This document shows positions 38,748-49,899 of a stretch of 64,000 bases of DNA, piece by piece; the first letter of the stretch is position 1; the number at the start of each line of letters is the position of its first letter. The position numbers and the translations under genes are program-made. The DNA comes from a virus, in the IMG/VR virus record IMGVR_UViG_3300023478_000001, positions 7,323 through 71,322 of that record, one strand, 5' to 3'. The notes beneath the pieces were generated by a model. The model saw only the letters and a list, made by a program, of their open reading frames with translations, searched no databases and was not told where the DNA came from.

Positions 38748-41471
38748 TTATGCTACACTCAATCCAAATGAGTTTCCTGTTTGTTTTTCGCTATGTTTCA
38801 TTACACTGCTAGTTACTTTATCCTTATCTAAATACACATCTCTTTTTGATTTTACTTCAGCTATTAATGTATCCATTTTGCTCAACATTTGTGTTTCGTA
38901 ATCCGATACTGATTCTGTTTTTTTACCACCAAGTAAATCTCCAACACTATTAATTAATCCGCCAATTCCTTCTGCAAGTCCACTAACTGTGTTTCCGATA
39001 GAAGCCGTAATAGAAAAATTACTTAATGCATCTAATTTTGCAGGATTAATTCTATCAAGTTGAGTTGCAATCATATCAAGTGATTTTCCCATGCTTAATA
39101 AGGCAGCTGATGTTTGAGTTAAACCTGGGCCCATAGTCGATAACTGATTTAATGGTATCATAGCCAATAAAGCAAATGGAGTAGCCAAACCAAGTGTTGT
39201 TAATCCAAGTGCTAATGAACCTAATCCAATTCCTAATGTAATTATAGAACTAGCAACAGTTGCAGAATCTGATACTGTACTTAATAATGGCCCTATTGAT
39301 TTTTCTAATATTTCAAATCCATTACCAATTGATTGTAATGCGTTTCCTAATATCAACATAGAACCAGCTACTACAACCATAGCTGCGACTCCTACTAATA
39401 ATGGACCTACCATTCCTTCTGACATTACTGTTCCAAGTAATATTACTCCACCGATTAGTACAGCCATTGAAACTACTGCTTTGCCAACTGCGTTCCAACT
39501 TACTTTCATAAATTCTTGAACAGCTTTTCCAAATACAAAAACTGCTCCTGCTGCTACAACCATAGCTGCGGCTCCTGCTAAAAGTTTAGGTGGTTTCAGT
39601 TTTTGAATACTGTCAGTTAAACTTGTTGTACCTTTGCCAATTTTTGGTGAGGATTGTTTATTTGAGTCAACTCCTTTAAAAAGTTTATTTTTAAATCCAC
39701 CTAATGCTTTTCCTAGTTTTGTATTTCCGATAGAGCCAAAACGTTTTCCTACATTGCCAATTTTTGGTATCATTCCTAGCATGTTTTTGCCTATCTGTAA
39801 TGTACCTTTTAAAATTCCACCCACAGATAATCCAACAGATTGTAATCCTAAATTAAATTGGCCTGTTGATGCTACAATAGCTCCTAATCCTTTTAATGAA
39901 GTTCCTAAAACTTTATTTAATCCAGCATCAATTGAAGTTCCCCATTCTGAAAATGTTTTTTTAATTACTTGACCAGATTCACCAATATGTTTTTGATGAT
40001 CTAACATTTTTTGTAATTGAGTTACTGATAATCCTATTGCTTCTGCAGCAGCTTTTCTTTGGAATACATCCATTCTATTAAATGAATCTATTCCTCCAAG
40101 TTGTTTCAATGCTTCTGTTGTTGCCTCTTTGAGGTCACCATCATAAGCTAATTGTCTAGCCTTATTAAGATTTATGTTTCTTCCTAATAATGCACTTAAT
40201 TGTAATTCTGATGCTATACTACTTTGAAAATCTAATAAACTATCAGCTACTCCAGTAAGTGTACTCATATTAGTACCTAATTTTTGAGCATAAACACCTG
40301 CTTTAATTATATTATCACCACCGTTTTTTGCATATAATGCAAATGCTTCGGCACTATCAGCTAAATCTGATAATACTGCTGAAGGTATAACGTGGTTTTG
40401 TTTTGCAAATTCTTTTGTAGTAGCAATCATATTTGTTGCTACTGATGTACTATCTCCATTTACTCTTGAAAAACTACCTATTAATGATACAGCTTCAGTA
40501 TTTGAACTACCCATTGTGGATGCTATTAATCCAACATTTGTTTGAACAGTTAATGTTGCAGCACTTAATGAACCAAGTTCGCTAGATAATGATTTCACTG
40601 TCCCAGCTGTATCATCAAATGCAAAACTTAATAATCCAGCTTCGGTTGATGCTAAATTTACATCTCGTATTGTAAATCCTAGTTTTTTATTAGTATCTAC
40701 TATATTATCAGTTACAAATCCAGATGCAGTAATTAAAGCGCCAAAAGCAGTTTGCGGACGTTTTAAAAATGTAGATAAAGTTGCACCTAACGCAGTAATT
40801 TTAGTTTTTATATTTTTTATTACCTTTGCTTGACTTTCAAGAATATCTTTATTTTTTGAATCAATAGATGATAATGATTTAGCCTCGTTTGTTTGCGCTT
40901 TTATACCCGCTTCAATATCTGATTGTTTTTCTAGAAAATCTTTAGCAATACTGCTTCTTTTATCAAGTAATTCAACTTCGCCTTCTAACTCACTTTGAAT
41001 GCTTTTCATATCATCTAATATATGAGCTTTACTTAATTCATCTTCCTCAGATAATTGTGATAATTTAAGTGCTAATGATGATTGATCTTTATAATGTTTT
41101 AATACAGATTCAGTAATTTGCGCTTGAAATTCTTGAAGGTCAGTTAATCCCTTTGCAGAATTTCGTTGTATTTTGATTGAACCCAAAATGTCCATATGTT
41201 TTAACGCTTGAGCTGATATACTTTTTTTTATTTTATTGTATACCGTGCTTAATGAGCCCAATGTATCTTTTAAGTCATACATTGAATTAACTTGGCTACG
41301 GGCAGAAGTTGCAGATTCACGTTCAAGTTTTAAAATAGCTTGCAAGCGCGCTTTTGTTTTGATATAAGTTTTATCAAGTTTAGCTGCTTCTTTTCCATGC
41401 AGTTTTTGAATTTCCTTTATTCGTTCTACAAGTTTAAGGCGTTCTTTTAATATTTCGTTTTGAGTGGCCAT
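38748..41471 (-). CDS. Tape measure protein
   Basis: 907 aa, helical Ala/Gly/Leu-rich, hydrophobic C-terminal half; context. Confidence 0.8.
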   Translation of the reverse strand: MATQNEILKERLKLVERIKEIQKLHGKEAAKLDKTYIKTKARLQAILKLERESATSARSQVNSMYDLKDTLGSLSTVYNKIKKSISAQALKHMDILGSIKIQRNSAKGLTDLQEFQAQITESVLKHYKDQSSLALKLSQLSEEDELSKAHILDDMKSIQSELEGEVELLDKRSSIAKDFLEKQSDIEAGIKAQTNEAKSLSSIDSKNKDILESQAKVIKNIKTKITALGATLSTFLKRPQTAFGALITASGFVTDNIVDTNKKLGFTIRDVNLASTEAGLLSFAFDDTAGTVKSLSSELGSLSAATLTVQTNVGLIASTMGSSNTEAVSLIGSFSRVNGDSTSVATNMIATTKEFAKQNHVIPSAVLSDLADSAEAFALYAKNGGDNIIKAGVYAQKLGTNMSTLTGVADSLLDFQSSIASELQLSALLGRNINLNKARQLAYDGDLKEATTEALKQLGGIDSFNRMDVFQRKAAAEAIGLSVTQLQKMLDHQKHIGESGQVIKKTFSEWGTSIDAGLNKVLGTSLKGLGAIVASTGQFNLGLQSVGLSVGGILKGTLQIGKNMLGMIPKIGNVGKRFGSIGNTKLGKALGGFKNKLFKGVDSNKQSSPKIGKGTTSLTDSIQKLKPPKLLAGAAAMVVAAGAVFVFGKAVQEFMKVSWNAVGKAVVSMAVLIGGVILLGTVMSEGMVGPLLVGVAAMVVVAGSMLILGNALQSIGNGFEILEKSIGPLLSTVSDSATVASSIITLGIGLGSLALGLTTLGLATPFALLAMIPLNQLSTMGPGLTQTSAALLSMGKSLDMIATQLDRINPAKLDALSNFSITASIGNTVSGLAEGIGGLINSVGDLLGGKKTESVSDYETQMLSKMDTLIAEVKSKRDVYLDKDKVTSSVMKHSEKQTGNSFGLSVA

Positions 41472-41474
41472 TTA

Positions 41475-41666
41475 TTATAAGTCATCTAATGTTTTTCGTA
41501 AATCAATATAATTTTTTTCTAAAGTAGTTAATTTATCAGTTACATTTGAAGATACACCTCGTTTCTTAGCTTGTGAAATAAATCGTTTTTGAGTACCTAA
41601 TTGTAGGTTATCAAGAAATTTATTTATAAAATTAGTTACAGATAGTTCAGTTATTCTTTTTTTCAT
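41475..41666 (-). CDS. Hypothetical protein
   Basis: 63-aa ORF after the late motif. Confidence 0.55.
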   Translation of the reverse strand: MKKRITELSVTNFINKFLDNLQLGTQKRFISQAKKRGVSSNVTDKLTTLEKNYIDLRKTLDDL

Positions 41667-41723
41667 AATATAGTAGGTGTTATAGTCTATAAATATATAA
41701 CAAAAAAAAAGAGTGAAGAAATA

Positions 41724-41975
41724 TTATTTCCTCACTCGTGTTATGTGGCCTGGTGTCTTCCTGTTAGATTTCATTGCAGCTATAGTCTTCGATTCTTTCT
41801 TTTTAGATTCAAGTAATTTATTATAATAAAATTTTCTCCAATGGATAGGCATTGTATATAAAGATTTCCAAGAAAATCCATTGCCATAATTAGCTTGTTC
41901 CCAAAGTTGTGTATGAAGTTGAATACTATAATTAGTCGGTAGGGTAAAAAAACCCAACCCCAAACGGGATATCAA
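41724..41975 (-). CDS. gp51-like tail/baseplate assembly chaperone extension (likely reached by frameshift)
   Basis: GFSWKSLYTMPIHWRKFY; overlaps the upstream gene at a T7 run. Confidence 0.65.
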   Translation of the reverse strand: MISRLGLGFFTLPTNYSIQLHTQLWEQANYGNGFSWKSLYTMPIHWRKFYYNKLLESKKKESKTIAAMKSNRKTPGHITRVRK

Positions 41976-42723
41976 TTACCTCACTTTCGCCAGTTAACTC
42001 TGATTCGAAGTTGAACGTAAAATCCACATCTGGACTAATTGATTTAACATAGCTACGTAACGCTTTACTATCTCTTGCTAATAATTGGTTTTGTACCCAA
42101 TTGTTAATAAATCCTTTATCTGTATTACCGTTTACATCAATAATCATGTATCGTAATCGTGTACTAATATCATGAGAAACACCATCTTTGGATTTATTTA
42201 ATCGTTGCAATGCTTTAACTTCTGCATTTATATTTTTTTCATCCTTATGAGTTAATAGTTTAAATACAATTTTTATTTTAGAATTTGGTAAAGTAAAATC
42301 ATAACGATTTTCAGTATTTAATTTTGAAAAATCAACTTCTTTAATCTGAATAGAACCTAAATCTATATTTACTTTTTGTAATTCACCACTAAATGGGTCA
42401 TTAACTTCTATATTATAATTAGGGCCATATCCCAATACTCTTGTAGCTAAAAGAATAGCATTTTTATCACCTAAAAATATATCATCTACATTTATATCAT
42501 CTTGAACCACAACAGATTCAAACAATCGATCAAGAGCCACCCCCTTTCTTATCAAATTTTGTGATGCTAAAATATCTTCTTCCCTTGCAGTCATATATTT
42601 TAATTCCACCGTACCCTTTGATAACGGGTTTGTTTCTGGATATAGTTTTCCATTAGATGGAAGGTCTATAACTTCAGTTGGAAATTTAATTTTTGTCATT
42701 TTACTTAATTTATTGTTACACAT
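41932..42723 (-). CDS. gp26-like baseplate hub / tail assembly chaperone
   Basis: LPSNGKLY...MTAREEDIL...RVLGYG; ends GVGFF. Confidence 0.8.
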   Translation of the reverse strand: MCNNKLSKMTKIKFPTEVIDLPSNGKLYPETNPLSKGTVELKYMTAREEDILASQNLIRKGVALDRLFESVVVQDDINVDDIFLGDKNAILLATRVLGYGPNYNIEVNDPFSGELQKVNIDLGSIQIKEVDFSKLNTENRYDFTLPNSKIKIVFKLLTHKDEKNINAEVKALQRLNKSKDGVSHDISTRLRYMIIDVNGNTDKGFINNWVQNQLLARDSKALRSYVKSISPDVDFTFNFESELTGESEVIDIPFGVGFFYPTD

Positions 42724-42916
42724 ATATATATATGTATAAATAAAAAAAAAGAAATACTTTTGTATTTATTTCTTCAAAAATATTTTTTTGGAATTGCCAT
42801 ATACTTATATGTTTCTGCATCGCCATATCAGCGATTTGAGTCTGACCAGAAATAGAATCTAACTTTTAGTAATTCATCTGTTGATTTTTCGTCTGTAAAA
42901 ATCATATGTTTAAATT

Positions 42917-43321
42917 TTATGTTAAATGTAATATTGTTTTTTCAAATTCTCGTCTATGATTTCTATTATGTAACCACATATTAAAACCATATACGTTTCG
43001 TTGCCATTCTTTTGATAATTTAGCGTTGATCATAGTTAATACTTTATATTCAGAAGTTGGTAACATTGGAAATAATCTATATGTACTAGATATTGCGAAA
43101 TAACGGCCGTTATCTTTTTTTGTATCTGCTACTAAATGCCAAACGTTATCTAACATCCAATATTCTTTTGAATACGATTTTTTATTACCACGAATTAAAT
43201 ATTCTCCGTTTGGTAAATTTTTGTATTGTGGTAATGGTGAATCTACAATATCAAAATCCTCTAATAAATTAGTGTGTGTCCACCATTCCGGAGCATTTAA
43301 AAATTTTATCTTATTTTTCAT
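42917..43321 (-). CDS. Hypothetical protein
   Basis: 134-aa ORF in an insertion downstream of an early promoter motif. Confidence 0.55.
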   Translation of the reverse strand: MKNKIKFLNAPEWWTHTNLLEDFDIVDSPLPQYKNLPNGEYLIRGNKKSYSKEYWMLDNVWHLVADTKKDNGRYFAISSTYRLFPMLPTSEYKVLTMINAKLSKEWQRNVYGFNMWLHNRNHRREFEKTILHLT

Positions 43322-43576
43322 AATACTTTATTTAAGTTCAAGTGAATTATAAGTGTATCCCTCACAATCAGTATATGTATCGGATAAATATTTTGAATAT
43401 TCATCAAATATCATATCGAATTGGATCTTAGATAGCTCATTTCATACGGTTTATAATATTTTCACTTTTCATAATTTAGTTGTTTTAAGTTTTACTTATA
43501 GTTTTATTACATAGTAAATATACAAAAAAAAATCGTGATACTACAAATTTGAAATGCTAAAGTTTTGTTAAAATTT

Positions 43577-44100
43577 CTATGTATTATATGATGGGTGAAG
43601 TTTATGATGACATTTTTTACATAATGTTTTTCCTGATGTGCTATTATCTATATGATAATCTATAACTTTATTTGCAATATCTCGTTTTTCATCAAATGTA
43701 TATTCATTAGTTTTATCAACAAATTTTTGAAGTATTTGTGGCATTTGTTCTTTATCATGATGAACTTCTAATTGTTTATTAGATCCACAAGATTGACAAG
43801 TAAATTTTTCTTTTATTAATATTGGATATATCCAATCTGTATATAATCTTTTATTTGAACGTATAATATTATTTATTGAAGATACGCCACCTTTCCAATT
43901 ATGTGATTTTAATCCGTATTCAGCAACAATACTTCCAAATTGCCATTGTTCAGACATTCGATGTTTTCTTCGTTGAATTTCATTTTTATCTGACTGTATA
44001 GTGATACTACCGCATTTACCATATTTGGCAACTCGATCATCTGTTTCTTTGGTTAACCCTGTGTTCCAAACTATTCGTTCTCCGTTTTTGAATTGTTTTT
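43577..44100 (-). pseudogene. HNH homing endonuclease, 5' part disrupted
   Basis: NWKGG, CQSCG..LEVHH, TLCKKCH; upstream WNTGLTKETDDRV NUMOD-like motif near 44030-44070. Confidence 0.75.
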
Positions 44101-44157
44101 TACGTTAAGATATGATTAAGAAGTTATTAGCAATTTCCTAATTTAGAATGATTCTAA

Positions 44158-44646
44158 TTAATACTCTAAAATTGCGTAATCATAGGCTAACGTTAATGAT
44201 ATTTCTACCACATCACTTGCAGACCAGTCTAAATCACCGAATTCTGCTGATAATATGAATGCACCTTTTAATTTCCATTGTTCTGTTTTATCACCAAGAG
44301 GGCCTAAAGTATAGCAGTCTATATCTTTTTTGTACATTCCTGCATATCCATCTCTACCTGTTAATGATTCATGAGATAATCTTACCCAATCCATTACTGC
44401 TTGTGCTCCACTAGGTACAATTGGATCATATAGTGTCATGGTTACATCTTGCCACTCGCCTTTTCCCTTTAGTTTTCGCTTTATATTAATATGATCAAGA
44501 GTAATAGCTTCAAATTGAAGTTGGGGTTTTGTTACTGTTTTTATCATATATGATGGAATCCCATCTATCTCCATGATAAAATGATTTTTTGTTTTCGGTT
44601 CAAAGTCCGTATAGAACATATCCGAAAATTCTAAGACAGATGCCAT
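44158..44646 (-). CDS. Tail tube protein (gp19-like)
   Basis: KGKGEWQDVTMTLYD...QWKLKGAF...LTLAYDYA. Confidence 0.9.
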   Translation of the reverse strand: MASVLEFSDMFYTDFEPKTKNHFIMEIDGIPSYMIKTVTKPQLQFEAITLDHINIKRKLKGKGEWQDVTMTLYDPIVPSGAQAVMDWVRLSHESLTGRDGYAGMYKKDIDCYTLGPLGDKTEQWKLKGAFILSAEFGDLDWSASDVVEISLTLAYDYAILEY

Positions 44647-44718
44647 AATTTATTTTCTTTTTAGTTAATTTCTATTTTTGTTACACCTATAAATATAAGA
44701 AAATATTTTTTTCACTTA

Positions 44719-44860
44719 TTTTAGAAAAAAATATAAATTAAAAGATACGTTAGAAAATTTTAATCCAAAATTAACAGAATGGGAAAATATGCGAATAAAT
44801 GGGTATGATAGGATTTGGGACTGCGGAAATTATGAATACACTAAAAATTATTTAAAATAA
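44719..44860 (+). pseudogene. C-terminal remnant of a Hef-like homing endonuclease
   Basis: Plus-strand FNPKLTEWENMRINGYDRIWDCG. Confidence 0.75.
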
Positions 44861-44885
44861 AAAAACCACCCTAAAGAGTGGTTTT
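44855..44885 (-). terminator. Intrinsic terminator after the sheath gene
   Basis: aaaaccac-N8-gtggtttt with a U-tract on the minus strand. Confidence 0.65.
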
Positions 44886-44908
44886 ATAAAAATATTTAAA
44901 TATATTAG

Positions 44909-47144
44909 TTATCCATTGAATTGTGCTCCTGTACTTTGGATGTTGAAATCTAGTACAATAAATTCAGCTGTTCGTGTAGGTTGTAAAAATAATTGGCCTA
45001 CTAACATATTTCTATCAATAACATCAGGTGTATTATTAGTTTCATCCATTACTACTTTAAACACAGTTAAACCTTGTCGTTGTTGTATTCCTTCTAAATA
45101 TGGATTAACCGTATTTAAAAATTTATTACGAGTAGTAGGTGTATTTTGTTCAAATACTAAGAATCTTGATGTAGATGCAATAAATTTTTTGACTTTAATA
45201 AGTAATCTTCTTACGCCAATTCTATCTAATGCTGATGATGCATCTTGTAATGTTTTTTGTCCATAAGCTGCAATTCCAGTACCAGGAAATACGGCTATAG
45301 GATTTACTTTATTTTCATATAATTCATCACGTTCTGCATGAGTTAATCTGTTTAGCACACTTACTGCACCGACAAGTCCACCACGATTTAATCCAGCTGG
45401 TGCCCACCATTCTGCTGAGATTGCGTCACTTGCTGCATAAATTCCTGGCATTAATACTGATGGTGGTATTGCTGTTAATTTGTTAGTATTTCTATCAATA
45501 GTTTTTACCCATGGATAATATGTACCTACATAGTTTGAATCCACTTTTTGAGCTTCTGTTGTTGCTTGTGCTATACTATCATTTTGAGAAGTTATATCAC
45601 CGATATAAAACGCATCTTCACGAGTTTCTACCATGTTTACAATTTTATCAAATGAGTATGAATGTAATCGTCTAATTATTCCTTGTAATAGATACTCCTA
45701 AATTTATAGCTCTCGTTGGAGTTACACCATCAAATCCATTTTGAAACCCTATTGTAAATTGTCGTTTATTAATATCAGTTGTATCTGAACCTGTTGCTTC
45801 ATATCCAAAATTATATGGTGTTGCTACACCACCACTTGCAGCATTAATAGTATCATCAAATGAAAATACCGTATTAATACCTACTATTGCTGATGTTGGA
45901 ATTGGGTTTAAGTAAGTTGCGTTATCTTTTTTTACGTTTGTTGTTATTAAATCAATTCCTGCAAAGTTTGTATCTTCTGTACTTGTGTTTTCGTTTGAAC
46001 CAGTTGAGAAAATTACAGCTGGTACAGTAAGAGTTGTACCTGTTATATTAATTGGATTTATATATGCAGCATGTGCGAATGGAAATGATACACGTGGAAA
46101 TGAATTTTCTGGTGCAACTTCTACACGTACATATTTTGAATTATTATCATAATCACCGTTATCAGTAATTTTACCTGATGAATTAATGGTTAAATGTTTA
46201 TCGCCGATTACTTTTAATATATAATTAGATGATGCAGGATTCATAGTAACATTACTATATACTTCTTTTACCACTTGTTTACTATCAGTATCGTTGTAAT
46301 CTCGTATTAAAATAGAAAATGTAGGCCAAGGTTCTGGAATACTTGTTGTTGCATCTTTTATCTTAACATTATAAATACTAATTTTATATTCTTTGTTATA
46401 ATTTGTACCATCACCTAAAGTATGAAATCTAAATAAATTATTTCTTGTTGATGAAATAAGTTGTGATTGTATCCATGGAGTTGATGCATTTGTTGCAGTA
46501 TTTACATCTGTGTCTGCACCATAATTAAATTCTTGGGTTGGCAATTCAACTAAAGATACTATTCCACCAGTACCAAGATCAGTATCAGTATTAGCAGCAT
46601 TTTCAAAATAATTATAAGCATAAGTACTTTTGCTTCCTTTTGGTGAATTTCCAAATACGTCATTAATATCGTTAGGTGATGATGTTAATACAGATGATGA
46701 AACTGGAGCTGAACCGGTTACTGTAATATTAAAATCTGATGAAGATGCTATACTACTAATAGTAGAACCAGAAAATCCAGTTAATTCACCGCCTTCATCC
46801 GTAGATAATAATGATGCGATTAATGTATTACCACTCGAACCTGATATTGAAATTCCGATTGGTGCTATGTGTTGATACCCACCTACATGACCTACTCTAA
46901 CAATAGTTACAGTTCCGGCTTCACGTAAATAGTTTTGTACGGTATATCCTGTATAGAATGTTCCATCAGGTGTACCAAAAATTTCTTCAAATTCTGATTG
47001 TGTATTTACAATTGTTGGTACGAACGTTGGGCCTTTTTTGAATGGGCCTATTATTGCTGCACCGATATTTCCAATTCCTTGTGCCAAAAATGATGTATCA
47101 TTTTCACGAGTGAACACACCAGGCGATATAATTTTTTCTGCCAT
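44909..47144 (-). CDS. Tail sheath protein (gp18-like), broken near 45680 into ORFs 45672-47144 and 44909-45634
   Basis: SPGVFTREND...GPFKKGP; WWAPAGLNRG...GQKTLQ...RIGVRRL...PTRTAEFI. Confidence 0.9.
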
Positions 47145-47185
47145 TTTTATTTACTCCTAATTATTTTTTTATATTAAAATTCACA

Positions 47186-47195
47186 TATAAATATA
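47186..47195 (-). promoter_or_regulatory. Putative late promoter TATATTTATA (representative copy; others at 28428, 41688, 44688, 47506, 48979, 56606, 59115, 63361)
   Basis: Same 10-mer 20-45 nt upstream of the sheath, tube, neck, fibre and other genes. Confidence 0.7.
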
Positions 47196-47218
47196 AAATA
47201 GTTTTTCCAAACTACTTT

Positions 47219-47470
47219 TTATTGTTTTGTTTCTGTTTGATTTTCTTGGTTATTTGTGTTTAAAGGGGTAAACACGCCGTTTTCTGGATTATAGTTTCCA
47301 TCCCCATACTTTTTATTTAATGATTTAAATAATTCTTGTTCTACTACAAATAATTTTTTCTTCTTTTCGATTGAAATCTGGCCTAATTGAGTAAATACGC
47401 CAGAAACCTCTAATCTTAAATCATTTATTTGTTTAATTTCATCATTTGTAAACTTAATTGATTTTGTCAT
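47219..47470 (-). CDS. Conserved small coiled-coil phage protein
   Basis: LGQI...LNKKYGDGNYNPENGVF. Confidence 0.6.
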   Translation of the reverse strand: MTKSIKFTNDEIKQINDLRLEVSGVFTQLGQISIEKKKKLFVVEQELFKSLNKKYGDGNYNPENGVFTPLNTNNQENQTETKQ

Positions 47471-47633
47471 TTTTTATCTATGTTAGTTATTAATGTATAT
47501 ATATATATAAATATAAAGAAAAAATAAAAACGTATGATTTTTCATTATAATTTTATTGTTTTTCATTAATAATCAAATATAGTTTCAATAGTTGCAATTA
47601 GTTTTATAAAATAATATAAAATTAACTACTTTT

Positions 47634-48820
47634 TTAGCTAGAGAGACTATATACTCCTCTACTGCGGATGTTTATTGCTGCATTATAATCTGCATCAAGT
47701 TCGTTTCCACAAGATATACATTTATATTTTTCTCCGTTTCTGGAGTGTTTATTTATGTTACCACAATTAGAGCATGTCTGACTGGTATAAGCTGGTGAAA
47801 CCTTCACCATTTTTATACCATTAACCAGACATATATCTGTTAGTTTTTCAATTGTTTTAGTATAAGACAATCTTTGTAATTTATTCATTACTTTATGATA
47901 AATCTTGCCTTTAGTATTTTTCTTAACATCTAATAAGTTCTCAATTACAAGTGTACTTATATTATCAAGTTTTAATTGTTTACTATAATAATTAATTAAA
48001 TTATCTCTATGCTTTAATAATTTCTTAAATTTTTTGCTACCTTGTTCTTTATTTGAAAGTTTAGTATAAACTTTTAAAAGTTCTTTGCCAATAAATTCTT
48101 TATTAGAAGTTGTAATTAACTTTTTATAACCAAGATCGATTCCAATGGATTTACCAGTAGTTTTAAGTTCAGGTGCTTCTTTAAACCAAACTAGATTAAT
48201 ATAATAATCTTTGCCTATTTGCTTTAATTGTATATTGCTTTTTAAGGTATAACCACTATCTAATAAACTATTAGAATGTTTATGTTGCTTTAGTGGTAAT
48301 TTTATATTAATTGCTCTAGTACCTTTCTTATTAAAATATGGAAGTGTTATTTTAACAAAGTTATCAAAGTGATTTCCAATTTTAATATCAAAAAAGCGTT
48401 CGTCTAAATTAATAGATATATTTTTTAAAGAAGACATTTTAAAATATTTAGTCAAATAAACAGGTGTTAGTTTTAACTTTGAAAATTTAGTATTAACAAA
48501 CTTAGAGTCAGGATGCATTTTAGCCATATAAGCATATACCTTTTTATAAGTGTAATAGCGTTTAGCTTTTGCTTTCTTGCTTTGAGAACGGATTATACTA
48601 GAAGCATGTTTATAAATTAAGTTTTTATATCTACTATGCTTAATTATTTTAGTTGGAAGTATTTTGCTAGATAAATTAGATTTTAAGGGTAATTTTCCAG
48701 TTATAATATAAGTTATGTAAGTTTTTAAATCATTTTTTAGCTAAAAAATAATGCATCAAGTATTACTAACTTATTTTTATTAGCAATATTAACTATATTA
48801 TGTTTTGACGTTTTAATCAT
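47634..48820 (-). CDS. tnpB: TnpB RNA-guided nuclease (frameshift near 48740)
   Basis: RuvC motifs GIDLG, VIENL, DADYNAAINI; PAYTSQTCSNCG...CISCG Zn finger; N-terminus MIKTSKH from ATG 48820 is in another frame. Confidence 0.9.
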
Positions 48821-48951
48821 TTTCTTATTTCTTGCAAAATAAATTGTCTTATTTTTGTAGACATATCAAGTAAATCGGCATTACATACTTCTTTAAACTT
48901 CTTTTTTATATCGGTTGGTACTCTAACTATTATTTGATTAGTATGTTTCAT
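48817..48951 (-). CDS. Ribbon-helix-helix DNA-binding protein
   Basis: MKHTNQIIVRVPTDIKKKFKEVC...MSTKIRQFI; ATGA-coupled to tnpB. Confidence 0.75.
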   Translation of the reverse strand: MKHTNQIIVRVPTDIKKKFKEVCNADLLDMSTKIRQFILQEIRK

Positions 48952-49170
48952 ATTAATTAGTATTATATTGTTACTACTTATAAATATAAGAAAAATAAAA
49001 AAGAAGCAAGATTTGAGCAATTATTTTTAAAAAAGTTTTGGTAAACTCAAATAATTTTCGTATCTTTAATGAAAGTAACCATAGTTTATATTATTTTATT
49101 AAACTTTATTATATTAAATGTAAAAGAACATGATACTATTTGATTATCTTTTTAACATTTATTAAACTCA

Positions 49171-49359
49171 TTATACCACTATTATTTTAGGGTCTCTTAA
49201 AGCTGAATTAGGGTCAACAATTATTCTTACATTATAGTTTTTCATTCCCTCTTGCAAATATAATATAAAATCATTCTTCCTTTTTTCATATTCTCTTTTT
49301 TGCTCGATTAGAGTTAATTCTTCGTCTGAAAATTCTTTTTTTTCTACTGTTTTTTTCAT
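49171..49359 (-). CDS. Hypothetical protein
   Basis: 62-aa ORF. Confidence 0.55.
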   Translation of the reverse strand: MKKTVEKKEFSDEELTLIEQKREYEKRKNDFILYLQEGMKNYNVRIIVDPNSALRDPKIIVV

Positions 49360-49410
49360 TTTTATATATTTAGATTAATATTCTTAAATTATTAGTATTG
49401 TCGCATTTAA

Positions 49411-49899
49411 TTACTGTAAAGTTAAACTTACTATACTACTATATCCTGATGTATTCCCTGCTGCATCAAATGCATTTACTCTATAGCTAACATAATCACC
49501 TACAGTTCCAGCTGCAGCGTCATAAAAAGAATTACCAGAAGGAGAACTTCTAAGTATCCAAGCACCACTGCCTATTTTTCGTTCTACATTGTAGCCCGTA
49601 ACTGCTACATTATCAGTAGATGCGATCCAATCTATTTGTACTTTAGTAAGACCTGGTATTTGAGATGCTGATAATCCAGTAGGTATGCTAGGAGCTATAG
49701 TATCTGATGGTGGTGGTGGTGGTGTATTTACGTAACCTCTAAAATTTGTTAATCTATCTTTTACCCCTACATAAGTAGCATCAAAAGTACCTGTTGCATC
49801 TATAAAAGATTGAGATTGACTTCTTCCACTAGTATTAGAAGTACCATATATTTCTAAAGTTACATCTGAAAACTTTATTGGTAACGTTGTTGCTATCAT
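49411..49899 (-). CDS. Fibronectin type III domain virion protein
   Basis: DTIAPSIPTGL...WIASTDNVAVTGY...YRVNAFDAAGNTS. Confidence 0.85.
   Translation of the reverse strand: MIATTLPIKFSDVTLEIYGTSNTSGRSQSQSFIDATGTFDATYVGVKDRLTNFRGYVNTPPPPPSDTIAPSIPTGLSASQIPGLTKVQIDWIASTDNVAVTGYNVERKIGSGAWILRSSPSGNSFYDAAAGTVGDYVSYRVNAFDAAGNTSGYSSIVSLTLQ

Larger units (their letters stand above)
47557..49130 (-). mobile_element. RHH-TnpB element without transposase (IS200/IS605/IS607-related)
   Basis: Ends defined by identity to the miniature copy at 12057-12150; TGTT...AACA termini. Confidence 0.75.

Noticed and set aside
44738-44770. Early-promoter-like motif upstream of the tube gene
   Set aside because: Poor match, and explained by the plus-strand Hef-like coding remnant
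45634-45700. Sheath break as another intein split or recoding site
   Set aside because: No intein motifs, hairpin or matched codons; looks like a deletion-type frameshift
12057-47613. ATTGAAAC-containing repeat as a CRISPR array
   Set aside because: Only two copies 35 kb apart, identical on both sides of the motif, with no spacers and no cas1/cas2
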